Assembly (NCBI GenBank): GCA_963667845.2
Contig: CAXXVL010000002.1
Span: forward strand, 1,568,001-1,632,000
Direction of reading: 5' to 3'
Length of the DNA: 64,000 nucleotides
Source of the DNA: Smithellaceae bacterium
Lineage (GTDB): Bacteria; Desulfobacterota; Syntrophia; Syntrophales; Smithellaceae
Shown: positions 28,967 to 42,417 of the stretch, one piece after another
Layout: every line of letters starts with the position of its first letter
How positions within the stretch are numbered: position 1 is the first letter of the stretch
Made by a program: the position numbers and the translations under genes
Notes under the pieces: model-generated
Database searches by the model: none
Told to the model about the DNA's origin: nothing
The model's input: the letters and a program-made list of their open reading frames with translations, nothing else

Positions 28967-29485
28967 TTGGATCGGACAACAAAACAACAAATTGTATCCG
29001 AGCTTCAAGAGAAACTCAAACAGGCTAAACTGGGTGTTCTGACCAATTTCAACGCGATGAACGTTGAAAAAATGGAATCCTTAAGAAATGCTTTGCGTAA
29101 GAATGATGCGGAGCTGAAAGTCGTCAAAAACACGCTGCTGAATATAGCGTCAAAAGAGACGGACTTCAACGTTCTGGCAGATTACTTCAAATTTCCTGTT
29201 GCTGTTGTCTTGAGCTATAAAGACCCGGTCGCGCCGACGAAGGCCCTGATTGAGTTTGCCAAGAAAAACCCGGAATTGGAAATTAAAGTCGGAGTGTTAG
29301 ATGGCAAGCTGCTTTCGAAATCAGACATTTCTGCTCTGGCCGATTTGCCCAGCCGCGAAGTGCTATTGGGCAAACTGGTTTCCGTCATGGCGGCAGTGCC
29401 GACATCGTTTGTCAGAGTGCTCAATGGGGTTCCCGCCGGATTTGTGCGAGTTCTGAATGCTTACGCTGAAACGAAAGAGAATTAA
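28967..29485 (+). CDS. rplJ: 50S ribosomal protein L10 (TTG start)
   Basis: KVVKNTL, LPSREVLL; GGAGG RBS. Confidence 0.96.
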   Translation: MDRTTKQQIVSELQEKLKQAKLGVLTNFNAMNVEKMESLRNALRKNDAELKVVKNTLLNIASKETDFNVLADYFKFPVAVVLSYKDPVAPTKALIEFAKKNPELEIKVGVLDGKLLSKSDISALADLPSREVLLGKLVSVMAAVPTSFVRVLNGVPAGFVRVLNAYAETKEN

Positions 29486-29518
29486 ACCTAAAAAATACAT
29501 ACTAAAGAGGAAAGAAAA

Positions 29519-29902
29519 ATGGCTGAAATAACGAAAGAAGATGTTGTCAAATTTATTGAAAATATGACGGTGCTGGAGCTCTCCGCTCTCGTAAAAGAAC
29601 TGGAAGAAAAATTCGGTGTATCCGCCGCCGCTCCTATGATGGCCGCCGTGGCGGCAACCGGTGCCGCACCCGCTGCCGCTGCTGAAGAGAAAACAGAGTT
29701 TAATGCCGTTCTCACGGGTTTCGGCGCTGAGAAGATTCAGGTCATCAAGGTCGTTCGTGCGATCACCGGCCTAGGTCTGAAAGAAGCCAAGGATTTGGTG
29801 GAAGGTGTTCCCAAGTCCGTCAAAGAAGGTGTTTCCAAAGATGAAGCCGCCGATATCAAGAAGAAGATTGAAGAAGTGGGCGGAACCGTCGAGATTAAAT
29901 AA
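29519..29902 (+). CDS. rplL: 50S ribosomal protein L7/L12
   Basis: [22 protein letters not shown]. Confidence 0.97.
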   Translation: MAEITKEDVVKFIENMTVLELSALVKELEEKFGVSAAAPMMAAVAATGAAPAAAAEEKTEFNAVLTGFGAEKIQVIKVVRAITGLGLKEAKDLVEGVPKSVKEGVSKDEAADIKKKIEEVGGTVEIK

Positions 29903-29937
29903 GATAATTTCTTATAAACTATTTTTATAAGGATACT

Positions 29938-32900
29938 ATGGGTGACTTTAGAAAAAATTTTGGTCGTGTAAAGCAAATACAGGATATTCCTAATCTGATC
30001 GAGATTCAGACGCGATCTTATGAAAAATTCCTGCAAGCCGATGTGCCGCTGGCAAAGCGGCGCAACATCGGCTTGCAGGGTGCTTTCAAGAGCGTATTCC
30101 CGATTTCGGATTTCAGCGGAAAGTGCTCTCTGGAGTTTGTCAGCTACAAGATCGGTGATGTCCGGTATGATATGAAGGAGTGCATTCAGAAAGGCATGAC
30201 GTATGCTGCTCCTTTGAAAATTGTGGTCAGGCTGGTCGTGTTTGATACGGATCGTCTCGCCGACGGGAAGATCAATCGCGAAGCGGCTGAGACCAAGCCG
30301 ATCCGTGATATTAAGGAGCAGGAAATTTACTTCGGTGAAATTCCGCTGATGACGGAAAACGGCACGTTTATCGTTAATGGATCGGAACGGGTGATCGTCA
30401 GCCAGTTGCACCGGTCGCCCGGTATCTTTTTTGATCATGATAAGGGGAAGACCGTCGCTTCGGGTAAGTTGATTTACTCGGCGAGAGTCATTCCCATTCG
30501 AGGTTCATGGCTGGATCTGGAATTTGATTCCAAAGATCTGCTCTATGTCAGGATCGACAGGCGCCGGAAGATGCCTGTTACAATACTGCTCAAGGCCATG
30601 GGCAATTCGACGGAATTTATTTTAAACTATTTTTATAGCATTGAAAGAATTGCGATTGAGGGCGAAAAAATTTATTTTGCCGTCGATGAATCCCTGTCCG
30701 GCCAGAAGGCGCCGGAGGATATTAAAGATCCGAAGAGCGACGAAATCATTGTGAAGAAAGGCCGAAAGCTCACCAAGCCTCTGCTTAAGAAAGTCATGGA
30801 TGCCGGGATTAAGCGCGTATCCATTAAAGAAGCGGATTTAACCGGCAAAGTTCTTTCATCGGACGTTCATGATCCCGCGACGGGAGAAATTCTTTTCCGT
30901 TGCAACGAAGAGTTGCCGTTGAACGGGCTCGAGATCGCCCAGGAGAAGGGCGTCAAGGAATTGAAGTTCATTCACATCGACGAAGATCTGGACAATGCTT
31001 CGATACGCGATACGTTGCTCATGGATCGTATTGATAGCGCGGAAGACGCAATCATGGAGATTTACCGCAGACTTCGGCCCAGCAATCCTCCCACGCCGGA
31101 AACGGCAGCGAAGTTTTTCAACAGCCTCTTCTTTGAGCAGGAGACTTACGATTTATCGGATGTCGGTCGCGCCAAAATGAACTATAAATTGCGTCTCAAT
31201 GTTCCGACCGATTTGACGGTACTGCGTAACCAGGATATTTTGGCGTCCGTTAAGTATCTCATCGATCTGAAAAACGGCGTGGGCGAATGCAGTGTCGATG
31301 ATATCGACCATCTGGGGAACCGCCGCGTGCGGTCCGTCGGTGAGCTGATTGAAAATCAGTACCGAATTGGCCTCGTACGAATGGAACGGGCCATTAAAGA
31401 AAAAATGAGTCTGCAGGACATCGAAACCATGATGCCGCACGACCTCATCAATGCCAAACCGGTTTCGGCAGTTGTTAATGAATTTTTCGGATCGAGCCAG
31501 TTGTCCCAGTTCATGGACCAGACCAATCCCCTGTCGGAGATCACACATAAACGCCGCTTGTCCGCATTGGGGCCTGGCGGTTTGACGCGGGAACGCGCCG
31601 GATTTGAAGTCCGCGACGTTCATCCGACGCATTACGGCCGCATCTGCCCGGTTGAAACACCGGAAGGTCCGAACATCGGCTTGATCGTATCGCTCAGCAC
31701 TTACGCCCGTGTCAACGAATTCGGATTTATTGAGACACCGTACCGTCTTGTTGAAAACGGCAAAGTCCTCGAAACCGTAAAGTTCATGACGGCGATCGAA
31801 GAAGAAAACCAGATTATTGCACCCGCTGACCGGCCGCTCGACAAAAAAGGCAAATTTGAAGAAGAGCTCATTTCCGTCAGAAAAGGCGGCGACTTTATTT
31901 CGGTGCTGCCGGAAGAGATCAAAATGATGGATGTTGCTCCCAATCAGCTTGTTTCCGTGGCGGCAGCGTTGATTCCGTTTCTGGAGCATGATGATGCCAA
32001 CCGTGCGCTGATGGGATCGAACATGCAGCGCCAGGCTGTACCCCTGATGTGTCCCGAAGTGCCGGTCGTCGGCACGGGCATGGAAGCCATTGTCGCCCGC
32101 GATTCCGGAGCTGTTGTGATAGCCAGACGCCCGGGTCTTGTGGAGAGTGTGGATGCCTCACGCATCGTCATTCGTGCCGATAAACCAGAAGAGGATGGCC
32201 TGGACACCGGCGTGGATATTTATACGCTGTCCAAATATCAGCGATCCAATCAAGACACTTGCTTTAACCAGAAACCTATTGTGGCCATAGGCGATCGCGT
32301 TCATAAGAGAGATATTCTCGCCGACGGTCCGGCAACGGATAACGGTGAACTGGCTTTGGGACGAAACGTCATGGTTGCGTTCATGTCCTGGGGCGGCTAC
32401 AACTACGAAGACTCGATTCTGGTCAGTGAAAGAATCGTCAAGGAAGATATTTATACATCCATTCATATCGAAGAATTCGAAACCATGGCCCGTGATACAA
32501 AGCTGGGCAAGGAAGAAATAACGAGAGACATTCCCAATGTCGGCGAGGAAGCGCTCCGTAACCTCGACGAAAGCGGAATTATCCGTATCGGCGTCTCCGT
32601 GAAACCCGGTGATATCCTCGTAGGTAAGATCACACCCAAAGGGGAAACACAGCTCTCCGCCGAGGAGAAACTGCTGCGCGCCATTTTCGGCGAGAAAGCC
32701 AGCGATGTGCGAGACACGTCGCTACGTGTTCCGCCTGGTGTGGAAGGCACTGTGATCGACGCCAAAATCTTTACGCGCAAAGGAGCCGACAAAGATTTGC
32801 GTTCACAGGCCATCGAAGAAGATGCTATCGAGCAGCTGACGAAGGACAGGGATGATGAAATCCGCATTCTTGCAGAATCCATCAAAAAGGATATCGCCAA

Positions 32901-34053
32901 GCTGGTGATCGGCAAAACAGCAGCCGGCAAAATTGTCGATGTGAAAAAGAAAACAATTTTGAAAAAAGGTGATAAAATCACCAAGGAAATCTGGTTGGAT
33001 ATTCCTTTTACCTACTGGAAAGAAATTACGCTTGCTGAAAATGACGGCTCTGAAGAAAAGCTCACCAATCTTCTTTCTGTTATGGAAAGAAAGGTCGATT
33101 TCGTAAAAGCACATTTTGAAGAAAAGCTGGACAAAATTAAGGCCAGCGACGAGCTGCCTCCCGGCGTCATCAAAATGGTCAAAGTCTATATCGCGATTAA
33201 GAGAAAGTTATCGGTTGGTGACAAGATGGCCGGCCGCCACGGAAATAAAGGCGTTTTGTCCAGGATCCTGCCCGAAGAAGACATGCCTTATTTTGCGGAT
33301 GGTTCGACAGTGGACATTATTCTCAATCCCCTCGGCGTTCCGTCCCGTATGAATGTCGGCCAGATTCTGGAAACCCACTTGGGGTGGGCGGCTAAATCGA
33401 TCGGCGAAGGCCTCAATGAATTGCTGGAGAAGAACAATAGCCTGAATCAGATTAAAGCCGAGTTGAAGAAAACCTATTCGAGCCCCGATTTTGATGAGTT
33501 CTTGGAAAGTGCGTCTGCGGAAGATGTCAAGCGATTCGTTGGCCGTCTGAAAAAAGGCATGTTGGTGGCGAGCCCCGTCTTTGACGGTTGTCCCGAACCT
33601 CAGATCCATAAATTGCTGGAAACGGCGGGACTGCCGGAAAACGGCCAGTCGGTTTTGTTTGACGGCCGTACCGGAGAGCCCTTTGATCAGGAAGTGACTG
33701 TCGGCATCATTTACATGCTGAAACTGCATCATCTGGTTGATAATAAAATTCACGCGCGTTCGATCGGTCCCTATTCGCTTGTTACGCAGCAGCCGCTGGG
33801 CGGCAAGGCACAATTCGGCGGCCAGAGACTGGGCGAAATGGAAGTCTGGGCCATGGAAGCTTACGGGGCTTCCTACACTCTACAGGAATTTTTGACCGTT
33901 AAATCAGATGATGTTGCCGGCCGGACGAGGATTTACGAATCCATTGTCAAGGGTGAGCATACATTCGAGCCGGGTCTTCCGGAATCCTTCAATGTTTTGG
34001 TGAAGGAGCTCCAGAGTCTCGGATTAGACGTGGAATTGGTTGAGGAAGAGTAA
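29938..34053 (+). CDS. rpoB: RNA polymerase beta subunit
   Basis: [34 protein letters not shown]. Confidence 0.98.
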   Translation: MGDFRKNFGRVKQIQDIPNLIEIQTRSYEKFLQADVPLAKRRNIGLQGAFKSVFPISDFSGKCSLEFVSYKIGDVRYDMKECIQKGMTYAAPLKIVVRLVVFDTDRLADGKINREAAETKPIRDIKEQEIYFGEIPLMTENGTFIVNGSERVIVSQLHRSPGIFFDHDKGKTVASGKLIYSARVIPIRGSWLDLEFDSKDLLYVRIDRRRKMPVTILLKAMGNSTEFILNYFYSIERIAIEGEKIYFAVDESLSGQKAPEDIKDPKSDEIIVKKGRKLTKPLLKKVMDAGIKRVSIKEADLTGKVLSSDVHDPATGEILFRCNEELPLNGLEIAQEKGVKELKFIHIDEDLDNASIRDTLLMDRIDSAEDAIMEIYRRLRPSNPPTPETAAKFFNSLFFEQETYDLSDVGRAKMNYKLRLNVPTDLTVLRNQDILASVKYLIDLKNGVGECSVDDIDHLGNRRVRSVGELIENQYRIGLVRMERAIKEKMSLQDIETMMPHDLINAKPVSAVVNEFFGSSQLSQFMDQTNPLSEITHKRRLSALGPGGLTRERAGFEVRDVHPTHYGRICPVETPEGPNIGLIVSLSTYARVNEFGFIETPYRLVENGKVLETVKFMTAIEEENQIIAPADRPLDKKGKFEEELISVRKGGDFISVLPEEIKMMDVAPNQLVSVAAALIPFLEHDDANRALMGSNMQRQAVPLMCPEVPVVGTGMEAIVARDSGAVVIARRPGLVESVDASRIVIRADKPEEDGLDTGVDIYTLSKYQRSNQDTCFNQKPIVAIGDRVHKRDILADGPATDNGELALGRNVMVAFMSWGGYNYEDSILVSERIVKEDIYTSIHIEEFETMARDTKLGKEEITRDIPNVGEEALRNLDESGIIRIGVSVKPGDILVGKITPKGETQLSAEEKLLRAIFGEKASDVRDTSLRVPPGVEGTVIDAKIFTRKGADKDLRSQAIEEDAIEQLTKDRDDEIRILAESIKKDIAKLVIGKTAAGKIVDVKKKTILKKGDKITKEIWLDIPFTYWKEITLAENDGSEEKLTNLLSVMERKVDFVKAHFEEKLDKIKASDELPPGVIKMVKVYIAIKRKLSVGDKMAGRHGNKGVLSRILPEEDMPYFADGSTVDIILNPLGVPSRMNVGQILETHLGWAAKSIGEGLNELLEKNNSLNQIKAELKKTYSSPDFDEFLESASAEDVKRFVGRLKKGMLVASPVFDGCPEPQIHKLLETAGLPENGQSVLFDGRTGEPFDQEVTVGIIYMLKLHHLVDNKIHARSIGPYSLVTQQPLGGKAQFGGQRLGEMEVWAMEAYGASYTLQEFLTVKSDDVAGRTRIYESIVKGEHTFEPGLPESFNVLVKELQSLGLDVELVEEE

Positions 34054-34098
34054 TCTTCAAGATTTCACAAAAGCTTTTAAATAGTAGGAGAATAATCT

Positions 34099-37000
34099 GT
34101 GGAAGACGTTTTCAGTTATTTTGAAAAACCAAAAAATCCGATCAGATTCAATGCAATGAAGATTTCGATCGCCTCGCCGGAAAAGATTCTTTCCTGGTCC
34201 AACGGCGAAGTCAAAAAGCCTGAGACGATCAATTACCGGACATTCAAGCCGGAGCGCGATGGTTTGTTCTGCGCAAAAATATTCGGGCCGGTGAAGGACT
34301 ATGAATGCCTTTGCGGCCGTTATAAAAGAATGAAGCACCGCGGTGTTGTTTGCGAAAAGTGCGGTGTCGAAGTTATTCAGTCCAAAGTCCGCCGCGAGCG
34401 GATGGGGCATATCACCCTGGCGACGCCGGTGGCGCATATCTGGTTTCTGAAGAGTCTGCCCAGCCGCATCGGCAATGTCATGGATCTGACACTCAAAGAA
34501 CTGGAAAAAGTTCTCTATTTTGAATCCTGGATCGTCCTCGATCCGAAAGACACGCCGCTCAAAAAGAAAGAGCTCCTCACCGATGAAGAGTATATTGAAG
34601 CAAAAGAGCAGTATGGAGAAACGGGATTCGTAGCGGGAATCGGCGCAGAAGCTGTCCGACAGCTGCTCGAAGAAATCGATCTGGAAAAGCTCTACGAAGA
34701 ACTTCGTGCAGAAGTGGTTACATCCATTTCCGATACCAAGAAGAAAAAGATCGTCAAACGGCTTAAAGTGGTTGAAGCGTTGCGCAAGTCAGGAAACAAA
34801 CCGGAATGGATGGTCTTAACGGTTCTACCGGTTATTCCGCCCGATTTGCGGCCTTTGGTTCCGTTGGACGGCGGGCGATTTGCAACGTCCGATCTTAACG
34901 ATTTGTACCGGCGCGTCATCAATAGAAATAACCGGCTGAAACGCCTACAGGAACTCAATGCGCCGGAAATCATTATCCGTAACGAAAAGCGTATGCTCCA
35001 GGAAGCCGTGGATGTTCTGTTTGATAACGGCCGCCGCGGTCGGGCAATTACAGGAACCAACAAGCGGCCGCTCAGATCGCTCTCGGATATGCTTAAAGGC
35101 AAGCAGGGACGTTTTCGTCAGAACCTGCTGGGCAAACGCGTCGATTATTCCGGCCGTTCGGTTATTACCGTCGGTCCCGATTTAAGACTTCATCAGTGCG
35201 GCTTGCCGAAGAAAATGGCGCTCGAACTGTTCAAACCGTTCGTCTATAACCGCCTGCTGGAAAAAGGCTATGTGACAACCGTCAAAAGCGCCAAGAAAAT
35301 GGTGGAAAGAGAGACGGCTGAAGTATGGGATGCCGTGGATGAAGTGGTTCGCGAATACCCGGTGATTCTCAACCGCGCTCCGACGCTGCATCGTCTGGGT
35401 ATGCAGGCCTTCGAGCCGATACTCATTGAAGGGAAAGCCATTCGTCTGCATCCGTTGGTTTGCACCGCTTTTAACGCGGACTTCGACGGTGACCAGATGG
35501 CGGTGCATGTGCCTCTGTCTGTTGAAGCGCAAACGGAAGCACGTGTGCTCATGATGTCGACGAATAATATCCTATCACCGGCCAATGGCAAACCGATCAT
35601 TATTCCCAGTCAGGATATCGTGCTGGGCATTTATTATATGACGCGGATAAAGAAGGATGTAAAGGGCGAAGGGATGATTTTTTCCGGGCCCGAAGAAGTT
35701 CGGTCGGCCGTTGATGCAGGGGCTATCGACCTGCACGCCAAAATTAAAGTTCGTATCAACGGAGAGTTGAAGGAAACGACTGCGGGACGCATTATCCTGT
35801 TTGAAATTATTCCCGAGGAAATTGATTTTGACGCGATCAACAAGCTGATGAATAAAAAGGAGCTGGCGAACCTGATCGATCATTGCTACCGACTGTGCGG
35901 GGATAAGACGACCGTCCTTTTGGCCGATCGGCTGAAAGATCTTGGCTTTAAATACGCTACGATTTCAGGGTTGTCATTTGCCGTCGGCAACATGATTATT
36001 CCTGAGAATAAGAAGACCATTGTTTTGCAGGCCGATAAGGATGTTCTGAAGATTCAAAAGCAGTATATGGACGGGCTGATTACCGACGGTGAACGTTACA
36101 ATAAAGTGATCGACATCTGGGCGCAAGCGACCGAGAAAATTGCCTCGGAAATGTTGACCGGTATCAGCACGGAAGAGGTCGCCGGCCTTGATGGAAAGAA
36201 GCGTAAAATAGAAAGTTTTAACCCGATATACATGATGGCCGATTCCGGCGCCCGCGGTTCCGGCGTTCAGCTTCGGCAATTGGCCGGTATGCGTGGTTTG
36301 ATGGCTAAGCCTTCCGGCGAAATCATCGAGACCCCGATTACAGCGAATTTCCGTGAAGGCCTGACGGTGCTCCAGTATTTTATCTCCACGCACGGTGCGC
36401 GTAAAGGGCTTGCCGACACAGCTCTGAAGACAGCCAACTCCGGTTATCTGACCCGTCGGCTCGTCGATGTGGCACAGGACTGTATTATTACCGAACAGGA
36501 TTGTGAAACCGTCGATGGACTCTACGTGTCGGCGCTGATGGAAGGCGGTGAAATGATTGAAACCGCCGGAGAACGCGTTTTGGGCCGCGTGGCATTACAG
36601 GAAATCAGAGATCCTTTTACCGATGAAGTGATCGTCAAAGCCAATGAGGCGATTGATGAAGCATTGGCAGAGAAAATCGACCGCGCGGGTATCGAGCGCG
36701 TGAATATCCGTTCCGTTTTAACCTGTCGTGCCAAGCATGGCGTTTGTGCCATGTGCTATGGCCGCGATTTGGCCCACGGGCATATCGTGAATATCGGCGA
36801 AGCGGTAGGAATTGTAGCTGCACAGTCCATTGGCGAACCGGGTACGCAGTTGACCATGAGAACATTCCATATCGGTGGTACGGCGAAATTTAATGAGCAA
36901 TCCACGCTCGAAGCGCGTCATGACGGGCTTGTCAAATTTGTCAACTTGAATACGGTGAAAACCCGTGAAAACGATTATGTGGTCATGAACCGTCACGGCG

Positions 37001-38193
37001 AAGTGCACGTTCTTGATGAGCAAAATCGCAGCCGCGGTAAATACACCGTACCTTATGGGGCTCATCTCAAAGTCAGTGATAACAGCGCCGTAAAGCGCGG
37101 GCAGCTGATTGCCGAATGGGATCCCTTCTCTATTCCGATTCTTGCCGAAGTGGACGGAACGATCAAATACGGTGATGTCACCGAAGGTAAAACCATGCAG
37201 GAGCAGGTTGATGAAGTCACCGGCCTGTCCCGTAAAGTTATTGTTGAATTCAAAGGCGGTGATCTAAGGCCGCGAGTTTCCATTAAGGATAGCAAGGGGA
37301 AAACTGCTAAGCTGGTTAGCACGAATTCAGTGGCCCGTTATTTCCTCTCAGTCGGCGTCAATATCGTTGTCTCTGAAGGCGATCATGTGCGAGCCGGCGA
37401 TATTTTAGCGAAGATTCCCCGGGAGACGACGAAAACAAAGGATATTACAGGCGGTTTGCCTAGAGTCGCAGAATTGTTTGAAGCGCGGAAACCCAAAGAT
37501 TTTGCCGTCATCAGCGAAATCGACGGCGTAGTCGCTTTTGGTAAAGACGCCAAAGGCAAGCGCAAAGTCATTGTGACTCCGGAAATAGGTGAAGAAAAGG
37601 AATATCTGATTCCCAAAGGAAAACACATCAGTGTCCAGGAAGGGGACCGAGTGACACCCGGCGACGCTCTGATGGATGGCGTCAATAACCCACATGATCT
37701 TCTGGCGATTAAGGGAGAAAAAGAACTGGCCCGTTACCTGGTTGATGAAGTTCAGGAAGTTTATCGTTTGCAGGGTGTTAAAATTAATGATAAGCATATG
37801 GAAGTTATTGTCCGCCAGATGTTGCGTCGAGTCCGGATAACCGATCCAGGGGATACTGCATTTATCGCCGATGAGCAGGTAGAGCGTTACCGCTTCCAGG
37901 AAGAGAACGATAAGGTAATCGCTCAAGGTGGGCGTCCCGCCATTGGTGATCCTCTGCTTCTGGGAATCACGAAGGCATCGCTTAGTACACAGAGTTTCAT
38001 ATCAGCGGCCTCCTTCCAGGAAACCACCCGAGTGCTGACGGAAGCATCGCTTTCCGGCAAAACAGATTACCTGCGCGGTCTCAAAGAAAACGTTATTATG
38101 GGCCGTTTAATCCCGGCAGGCACGGGTCTTGTGATGTATCGCAAACTGGGTATCAAGGTTGAAGATGAAGAGGCAGAAGTGGCTGCAGAATAG
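34099..38193 (+). CDS. rpoC: RNA polymerase beta' subunit
   Basis: NADFDGDQM, zinc-finger cysteines. Confidence 0.98.
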   Translation: MEDVFSYFEKPKNPIRFNAMKISIASPEKILSWSNGEVKKPETINYRTFKPERDGLFCAKIFGPVKDYECLCGRYKRMKHRGVVCEKCGVEVIQSKVRRERMGHITLATPVAHIWFLKSLPSRIGNVMDLTLKELEKVLYFESWIVLDPKDTPLKKKELLTDEEYIEAKEQYGETGFVAGIGAEAVRQLLEEIDLEKLYEELRAEVVTSISDTKKKKIVKRLKVVEALRKSGNKPEWMVLTVLPVIPPDLRPLVPLDGGRFATSDLNDLYRRVINRNNRLKRLQELNAPEIIIRNEKRMLQEAVDVLFDNGRRGRAITGTNKRPLRSLSDMLKGKQGRFRQNLLGKRVDYSGRSVITVGPDLRLHQCGLPKKMALELFKPFVYNRLLEKGYVTTVKSAKKMVERETAEVWDAVDEVVREYPVILNRAPTLHRLGMQAFEPILIEGKAIRLHPLVCTAFNADFDGDQMAVHVPLSVEAQTEARVLMMSTNNILSPANGKPIIIPSQDIVLGIYYMTRIKKDVKGEGMIFSGPEEVRSAVDAGAIDLHAKIKVRINGELKETTAGRIILFEIIPEEIDFDAINKLMNKKELANLIDHCYRLCGDKTTVLLADRLKDLGFKYATISGLSFAVGNMIIPENKKTIVLQADKDVLKIQKQYMDGLITDGERYNKVIDIWAQATEKIASEMLTGISTEEVAGLDGKKRKIESFNPIYMMADSGARGSGVQLRQLAGMRGLMAKPSGEIIETPITANFREGLTVLQYFISTHGARKGLADTALKTANSGYLTRRLVDVAQDCIITEQDCETVDGLYVSALMEGGEMIETAGERVLGRVALQEIRDPFTDEVIVKANEAIDEALAEKIDRAGIERVNIRSVLTCRAKHGVCAMCYGRDLAHGHIVNIGEAVGIVAAQSIGEPGTQLTMRTFHIGGTAKFNEQSTLEARHDGLVKFVNLNTVKTRENDYVVMNRHGEVHVLDEQNRSRGKYTVPYGAHLKVSDNSAVKRGQLIAEWDPFSIPILAEVDGTIKYGDVTEGKTMQEQVDEVTGLSRKVIVEFKGGDLRPRVSIKDSKGKTAKLVSTNSVARYFLSVGVNIVVSEGDHVRAGDILAKIPRETTKTKDITGGLPRVAELFEARKPKDFAVISEIDGVVAFGKDAKGKRKVIVTPEIGEEKEYLIPKGKHISVQEGDRVTPGDALMDGVNNPHDLLAIKGEKELARYLVDEVQEVYRLQGVKINDKHMEVIVRQMLRRVRITDPGDTAFIADEQVERYRFQEENDKVIAQGGRPAIGDPLLLGITKASLSTQSFISAASFQETTRVLTEASLSGKTDYLRGLKENVIMGRLIPAGTGLVMYRKLGIKVEDEEAEVAAE

Positions 38194-38296
38194 ATAAAAA
38201 AAAGGAAGAAATATCTTGACAGAAGCAGCTTGAATTGATAGTTACCGCAGATTTGCTGCTGCCCGCAAATTTGCAGCAAAGAGTTCGGGAGGAGAA

Positions 38297-38668
38297 ATGC
38301 CGACAATTAGTCAACTGGTTCGCAAAGGCAGAACCAAAATTAAGAGAAAAACCAACGCCCCGGCTTTAGCCGGTTCGCCGCAGCGACGCGGTGTGTGCGT
38401 GAGGGTTTATACGACGACGCCCAAAAAGCCGAATTCAGCTTTGCGTAAAGTGGCCAGAGTTCGTCTCACGAGCGGATATGAAGTGTCATCTTACATTCCC
38501 GGTATCGGCCATAACCTGCAGGAGCACTCGGTGGTGCTTGTTCGCGGGGGCAGAGTAAAAGATTTGCCCGGTGTAAGATATCATATCGTCAGAGGCACGC
38601 TGGATGCCGTTGGTGTCGCTGACCGCAAAAAGAGTCGATCAAAATACGGCGCTAAAAAGCCCAGCTAA
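38297..38668 (+). CDS. rpsL: 30S ribosomal protein S12
   Basis: [19 protein letters not shown]. Confidence 0.98.
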   Translation: MPTISQLVRKGRTKIKRKTNAPALAGSPQRRGVCVRVYTTTPKKPNSALRKVARVRLTSGYEVSSYIPGIGHNLQEHSVVLVRGGRVKDLPGVRYHIVRGTLDAVGVADRKKSRSKYGAKKPS

Positions 38669-38683
38669 ACGAAGGACAAAAAA

Positions 38684-39154
38684 ATGCCAAGAAGACGCGA
38701 AATTGAAAAAAGGGATATTTTACCGGACCCCAAATTTAATAATAAGCTCGTTGCCAAGTTTGTGAACTCGTTGCTTAAGAGAGGCAAGAAGAGTGTTGCC
38801 GAAAGTATTTTGTATGGCGCTTTCGACATTATTGAGAAGCGGGTTAAGGAACAGCCCGTTGAATTTTTCGAAAAAGCAGTCAATAACGTGAAGCCGATGA
38901 TTGAAGTCAAATCCCGTCGTGTTGGCGGTTCCACCTATCAGGTTCCGACGGAAGTTGTCCCCGCCAGGCGCACAGCTCTGGCTATCCGCTGGTTGATCTC
39001 CAATGCCCAGGAGCGTACTGAAAAAACGATGCGTGAAAAACTGGCGGCAGAACTGATCGATGCGGCAAACAACAGAGGTGGCGCAATCAAGAAAAGAGAA
39101 GCAGTGCATAAAATGGCCGAGGCGAATAAGGCCTTTGCGCATTATAAATTTTAA
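38684..39154 (+). CDS. rpsG: 30S ribosomal protein S7
   Basis: [22 protein letters not shown]. Confidence 0.98.
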   Translation: MPRRREIEKRDILPDPKFNNKLVAKFVNSLLKRGKKSVAESILYGAFDIIEKRVKEQPVEFFEKAVNNVKPMIEVKSRRVGGSTYQVPTEVVPARRTALAIRWLISNAQERTEKTMREKLAAELIDAANNRGGAIKKREAVHKMAEANKAFAHYKF

Positions 39155-39213
39155 AAGACTGAATATTAAACGACAAGGAAAACAACCATTCAAAGTTAAG
39201 GAGGAAAGGTGAG

Positions 39214-40407
39214 ATGGCAAAGAAAAAATTTGAAAGGACTAAGCCGCATTTAAATATAGGAACAATCGGTCACGTGGATCACGGCAAGACCACTTTAACG
39301 GCCGCAATTACCAAGCATCTGGCAAAAAAGGGTTTTGCGGAATTCCGGCCTTTCGATTCGATTGATAACGCCCCGGAGGAGAAGGAACGCGGTGTTACGA
39401 TCAATATCTCTCACGTAGAATACGAGACGGAAAAAAGACATTACGCCCACGTCGATTGCCCTGGTCATGCTGACTATATCAAAAACATGATTTCCGGTGC
39501 TGCGCACATGGACGGAACGATTCTGGTTGTGGCCGCCTCCGATGGCCCGATGCCGCAAACCCGCGAGCATATCCTCCTTGCCCGTCAGGTTCAGGTTCCT
39601 TACGTCATCGTTTTCCTCAATAAAGTTGATCTGGTTGATGATCCCGAGCTTTTAGACCTTGTCGAACTGGAATTAAGAGAGCTTTTGACTCAGTATGAAT
39701 TTCCGGGTGATGATATTCCCATCATCCGCGGTTCCGCCCTCAAAGCTCTGGAATCAGAAGACAGCAATTCACCCGATGTGAAATGCATCTGGGAACTCAT
39801 GGATGCCGTCGATAATTATATTCCGCAACCTAAGCGCGATACCGATAAACCTTTCCTGATGCCCGTTGGCGACGTTTTCACCATTTCCGGTCGTGGCACG
39901 GTTGTGACGGGAAGAGTTGACCGCGGCATCGTGAAGGTCGGCGAAGAAGTTGAAATCATCGGCATCCGCCCCACCATTAAGACCGTTGTAACCGGTGTGG
40001 AAATGTTCCGTAAAACCCTTGATGAAGGTCGTGCAGGCGACGACGTCGGTTTGTTGATTCGCGGTATTAAGCGGGAAGAAGTGGAAAGAGGCCAGGTTGT
40101 TGCCAAACCCGGTTCCATTACCCCTCATACGAAATTTGAAGCAGCCGTTTACATATTGACCAAAGAGGAAGGCGGTCGTCATACACCCTTCTTCTCAGGT
40201 TACCGTCCGCAGTTTTATTTCCGGACAACGGATGTGACGGGTGTTGCAACGCTGCCCGAAGGTGTGGAAATGGTCATGCCCGGTGATAACGTAAAGATGA
40301 ACGTCGAACTGATTATGCCCATCGCCATGGAAGAGCAGTTAAGATTCGCAATCCGTGAAGGTGGCCGGACAGTCGGCGCAGGTGTCGTAAGCAAGGTTAT
40401 TGAATAG
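39214..40407 (+). CDS. tuf: elongation factor Tu
   Basis: [21 protein letters not shown]. Confidence 0.98.
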   Translation: MAKKKFERTKPHLNIGTIGHVDHGKTTLTAAITKHLAKKGFAEFRPFDSIDNAPEEKERGVTINISHVEYETEKRHYAHVDCPGHADYIKNMISGAAHMDGTILVVAASDGPMPQTREHILLARQVQVPYVIVFLNKVDLVDDPELLDLVELELRELLTQYEFPGDDIPIIRGSALKALESEDSNSPDVKCIWELMDAVDNYIPQPKRDTDKPFLMPVGDVFTISGRGTVVTGRVDRGIVKVGEEVEIIGIRPTIKTVVTGVEMFRKTLDEGRAGDDVGLLIRGIKREEVERGQVVAKPGSITPHTKFEAAVYILTKEEGGRHTPFFSGYRPQFYFRTTDVTGVATLPEGVEMVMPGDNVKMNVELIMPIAMEEQLRFAIREGGRTVGAGVVSKVIE

Positions 40408-40432
40408 AAACGGGAAATAGGTTATCCGATCG

Positions 40433-40741
40433 ATGAAAGAACAAAAGATAAGAATTCGTCTCAAAGCTTACGATTATAAACTGCTGGATCGTTCTGTTGA
40501 AGAAATAGTGGAAACTGCCAAAAGGACCGGCGCACGTGTCGCCGGTCCCATACCTCTTCCTACGGAAATCAATAAATACTGTGTCAATCGTTCACCGCAC
40601 GTGGATAAGAAATCCCGGGAGCAGTTCGAAATTCGTACACACAAGAGATTGATTGATATTGTTGAGCCGACGCAAGCGACCGTTGATGCGTTGATGAAAC
40701 TGGATCTGTCGGCGGGCGTGGATGTAGAGATTAAAGCGTAG
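40433..40741 (+). CDS. rpsJ: 30S ribosomal protein S10
   Basis: [22 protein letters not shown]. Confidence 0.97.
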   Translation: MKEQKIRIRLKAYDYKLLDRSVEEIVETAKRTGARVAGPIPLPTEINKYCVNRSPHVDKKSREQFEIRTHKRLIDIVEPTQATVDALMKLDLSAGVDVEIKA

Positions 40742-40828
40742 GCGAAGAGTAACGACGGTGGAAAGTGGTCCGGGTGTTACCAGTTTCCGGAATGTTGAAT
40801 ATCGTGGCTTTATTTATATAAAAGTTGG

Positions 40829-41467
40829 ATGATGATGAACAAGGGAATCATTGGAAAAAAATTAGGGATGACACAGGTATTTGCCGAGGATGGTGCCGCG
40901 GTCGGTGTTACAGCCATTGAAGTTGAACCGTCCATTGTCGTCCAGGTGAAGACAAAAGAAAAGGATGGCTATGACGCCATTCAGATCGGATACGGCCGCG
41001 TCAAGCAGAAGAACGTGACCAAACCGCTTCAGGGCCATTTTAATAAAGCAAACAAAGGATTTTTCCGTATCCTGAAGGAGTTTCCGGGCGAAGCCGGCAA
41101 GTACGAAGCCGGACAGGAAATCGCATCTGACATTTTTCAGGCGGGTGACTACGTCGATGTGGTCGGAACATCGAAGGGCAAAGGTTTTCAGGGTGTTGTG
41201 AAAAGACATGGTTTTGGTGGTGGCCGGGCAACGCACGGTTCCATGTTCCACAGAGCTCCGGGGTCCATTGGCGCCAGCGCTGATCCAGCCCGTGTGTTTA
41301 AGGGAACGAAAATGGGCGGTCATATGGGAGATGTTCGTAAAACCGTTCAGAATCTTCAGATCTGGCAAGTGCGCCCTGATAGAAATTTATTACTATTAAA
41401 AGGTTCCATTCCCGGCGGCAAAAATGGCTATGTCATCATTAAGCAAGCCCGGAAAAAAAGTGCGTAA
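40829..41467 (+). CDS. rplC: 50S ribosomal protein L3
   Basis: GKKLGMTQ, KGKGFQG. Confidence 0.97.
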   Translation: MMMNKGIIGKKLGMTQVFAEDGAAVGVTAIEVEPSIVVQVKTKEKDGYDAIQIGYGRVKQKNVTKPLQGHFNKANKGFFRILKEFPGEAGKYEAGQEIASDIFQAGDYVDVVGTSKGKGFQGVVKRHGFGGGRATHGSMFHRAPGSIGASADPARVFKGTKMGGHMGDVRKTVQNLQIWQVRPDRNLLLLKGSIPGGKNGYVIIKQARKKSA

Positions 41468-41485
41468 AGCAGTGGAGTTATAGAC

Positions 41486-42109
41486 ATGGCAGTAGCAGAT
41501 GTTTTTGATATTGAAAAGAAGAAGGTTGCCCAGGTCGAGTTGAACGACGCCGTATTCGGCGCAGAGATCAACGAAGCAACGATCCACGACGTGGTCAAGA
41601 TGCAGCTGGCATCGCGCCGGTCGGGAACGTCAGCAACCAAGGGAAGAAGCGACGTAAGAGGCGGCGGAAAGAAACCCTGGCGTCAAAAGGGAACAGGCCG
41701 CGCCCGTGCTGGAACTTCACGATCACCCATTTGGAGAGGCGGCGGTATTGTTTTCGGGCCTCAACCACGGGATTACTCTTACAGCGTTCCGAAAAAAGTG
41801 CGGAAGAAGGCGCTGATCTCCGTCCTCAGTATGAAAGTGAAAGAAGAGAAAATGACGGTTCTGAAGAATTTTCCAATGGAAACAATCAGCACGAAGGCTT
41901 TTCAGAAAGTGGTGGATCTCTTCGGCCTCAAAAAAACACTTTTCGTTATCGATCAGGATGACGCCGTTCTGATGAAATCATCGCGAAATTTGAAAAATGT
42001 TAAAATGATTCGGTCGGAGGGCATCAATGTTTATGATATTTTGAATTATGAACATCTGGTCCTTCTTGAACCCTCTATAAAAAAGATTGAGGGGGCATTG
42101 CTGGCATAA
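41486..42109 (+). CDS. rplD: 50S ribosomal protein L4
   Basis: KPWRQKGTGRAR. Confidence 0.97.
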   Translation: MAVADVFDIEKKKVAQVELNDAVFGAEINEATIHDVVKMQLASRRSGTSATKGRSDVRGGGKKPWRQKGTGRARAGTSRSPIWRGGGIVFGPQPRDYSYSVPKKVRKKALISVLSMKVKEEKMTVLKNFPMETISTKAFQKVVDLFGLKKTLFVIDQDDAVLMKSSRNLKNVKMIRSEGINVYDILNYEHLVLLEPSIKKIEGALLA

Positions 42110-42396
42110 TGGAACTGCATCAGATTATTAGACGAATATTAATTACCGAAAAGAGCAACGTTGACCGCGAAGCGGGCAATAAGTATTACTTTGAAGTAGA
42201 TCGCAAAGCCAATAAAGTTGAGATCGGGCAGGCGGTCGAAAAGCTATTTAAGGTAAAAGTTACGGATGTCCATGTCTTTCACGTTTTAGGCAAGAAGAAG
42301 AGAATGGGCAAGGTCATGGGGCAAAAGAGTTCCTGGAAAAAAGCGATTGTCACTTTGGCTGAGGGCAGCCGCATCGAAGTCGCCGAAGGCGTATAG
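42109..42396 (+). CDS. rplW: 50S ribosomal protein L23
   Basis: ITEKS, WKKAIVTL. Confidence 0.96.
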   Translation: MELHQIIRRILITEKSNVDREAGNKYYFEVDRKANKVEIGQAVEKLFKVKVTDVHVFHVLGKKKRMGKVMGQKSSWKKAIVTLAEGSRIEVAEGV

Positions 42397-42417
42397 AACA
42401 CTTAAGGATTAAACGAC

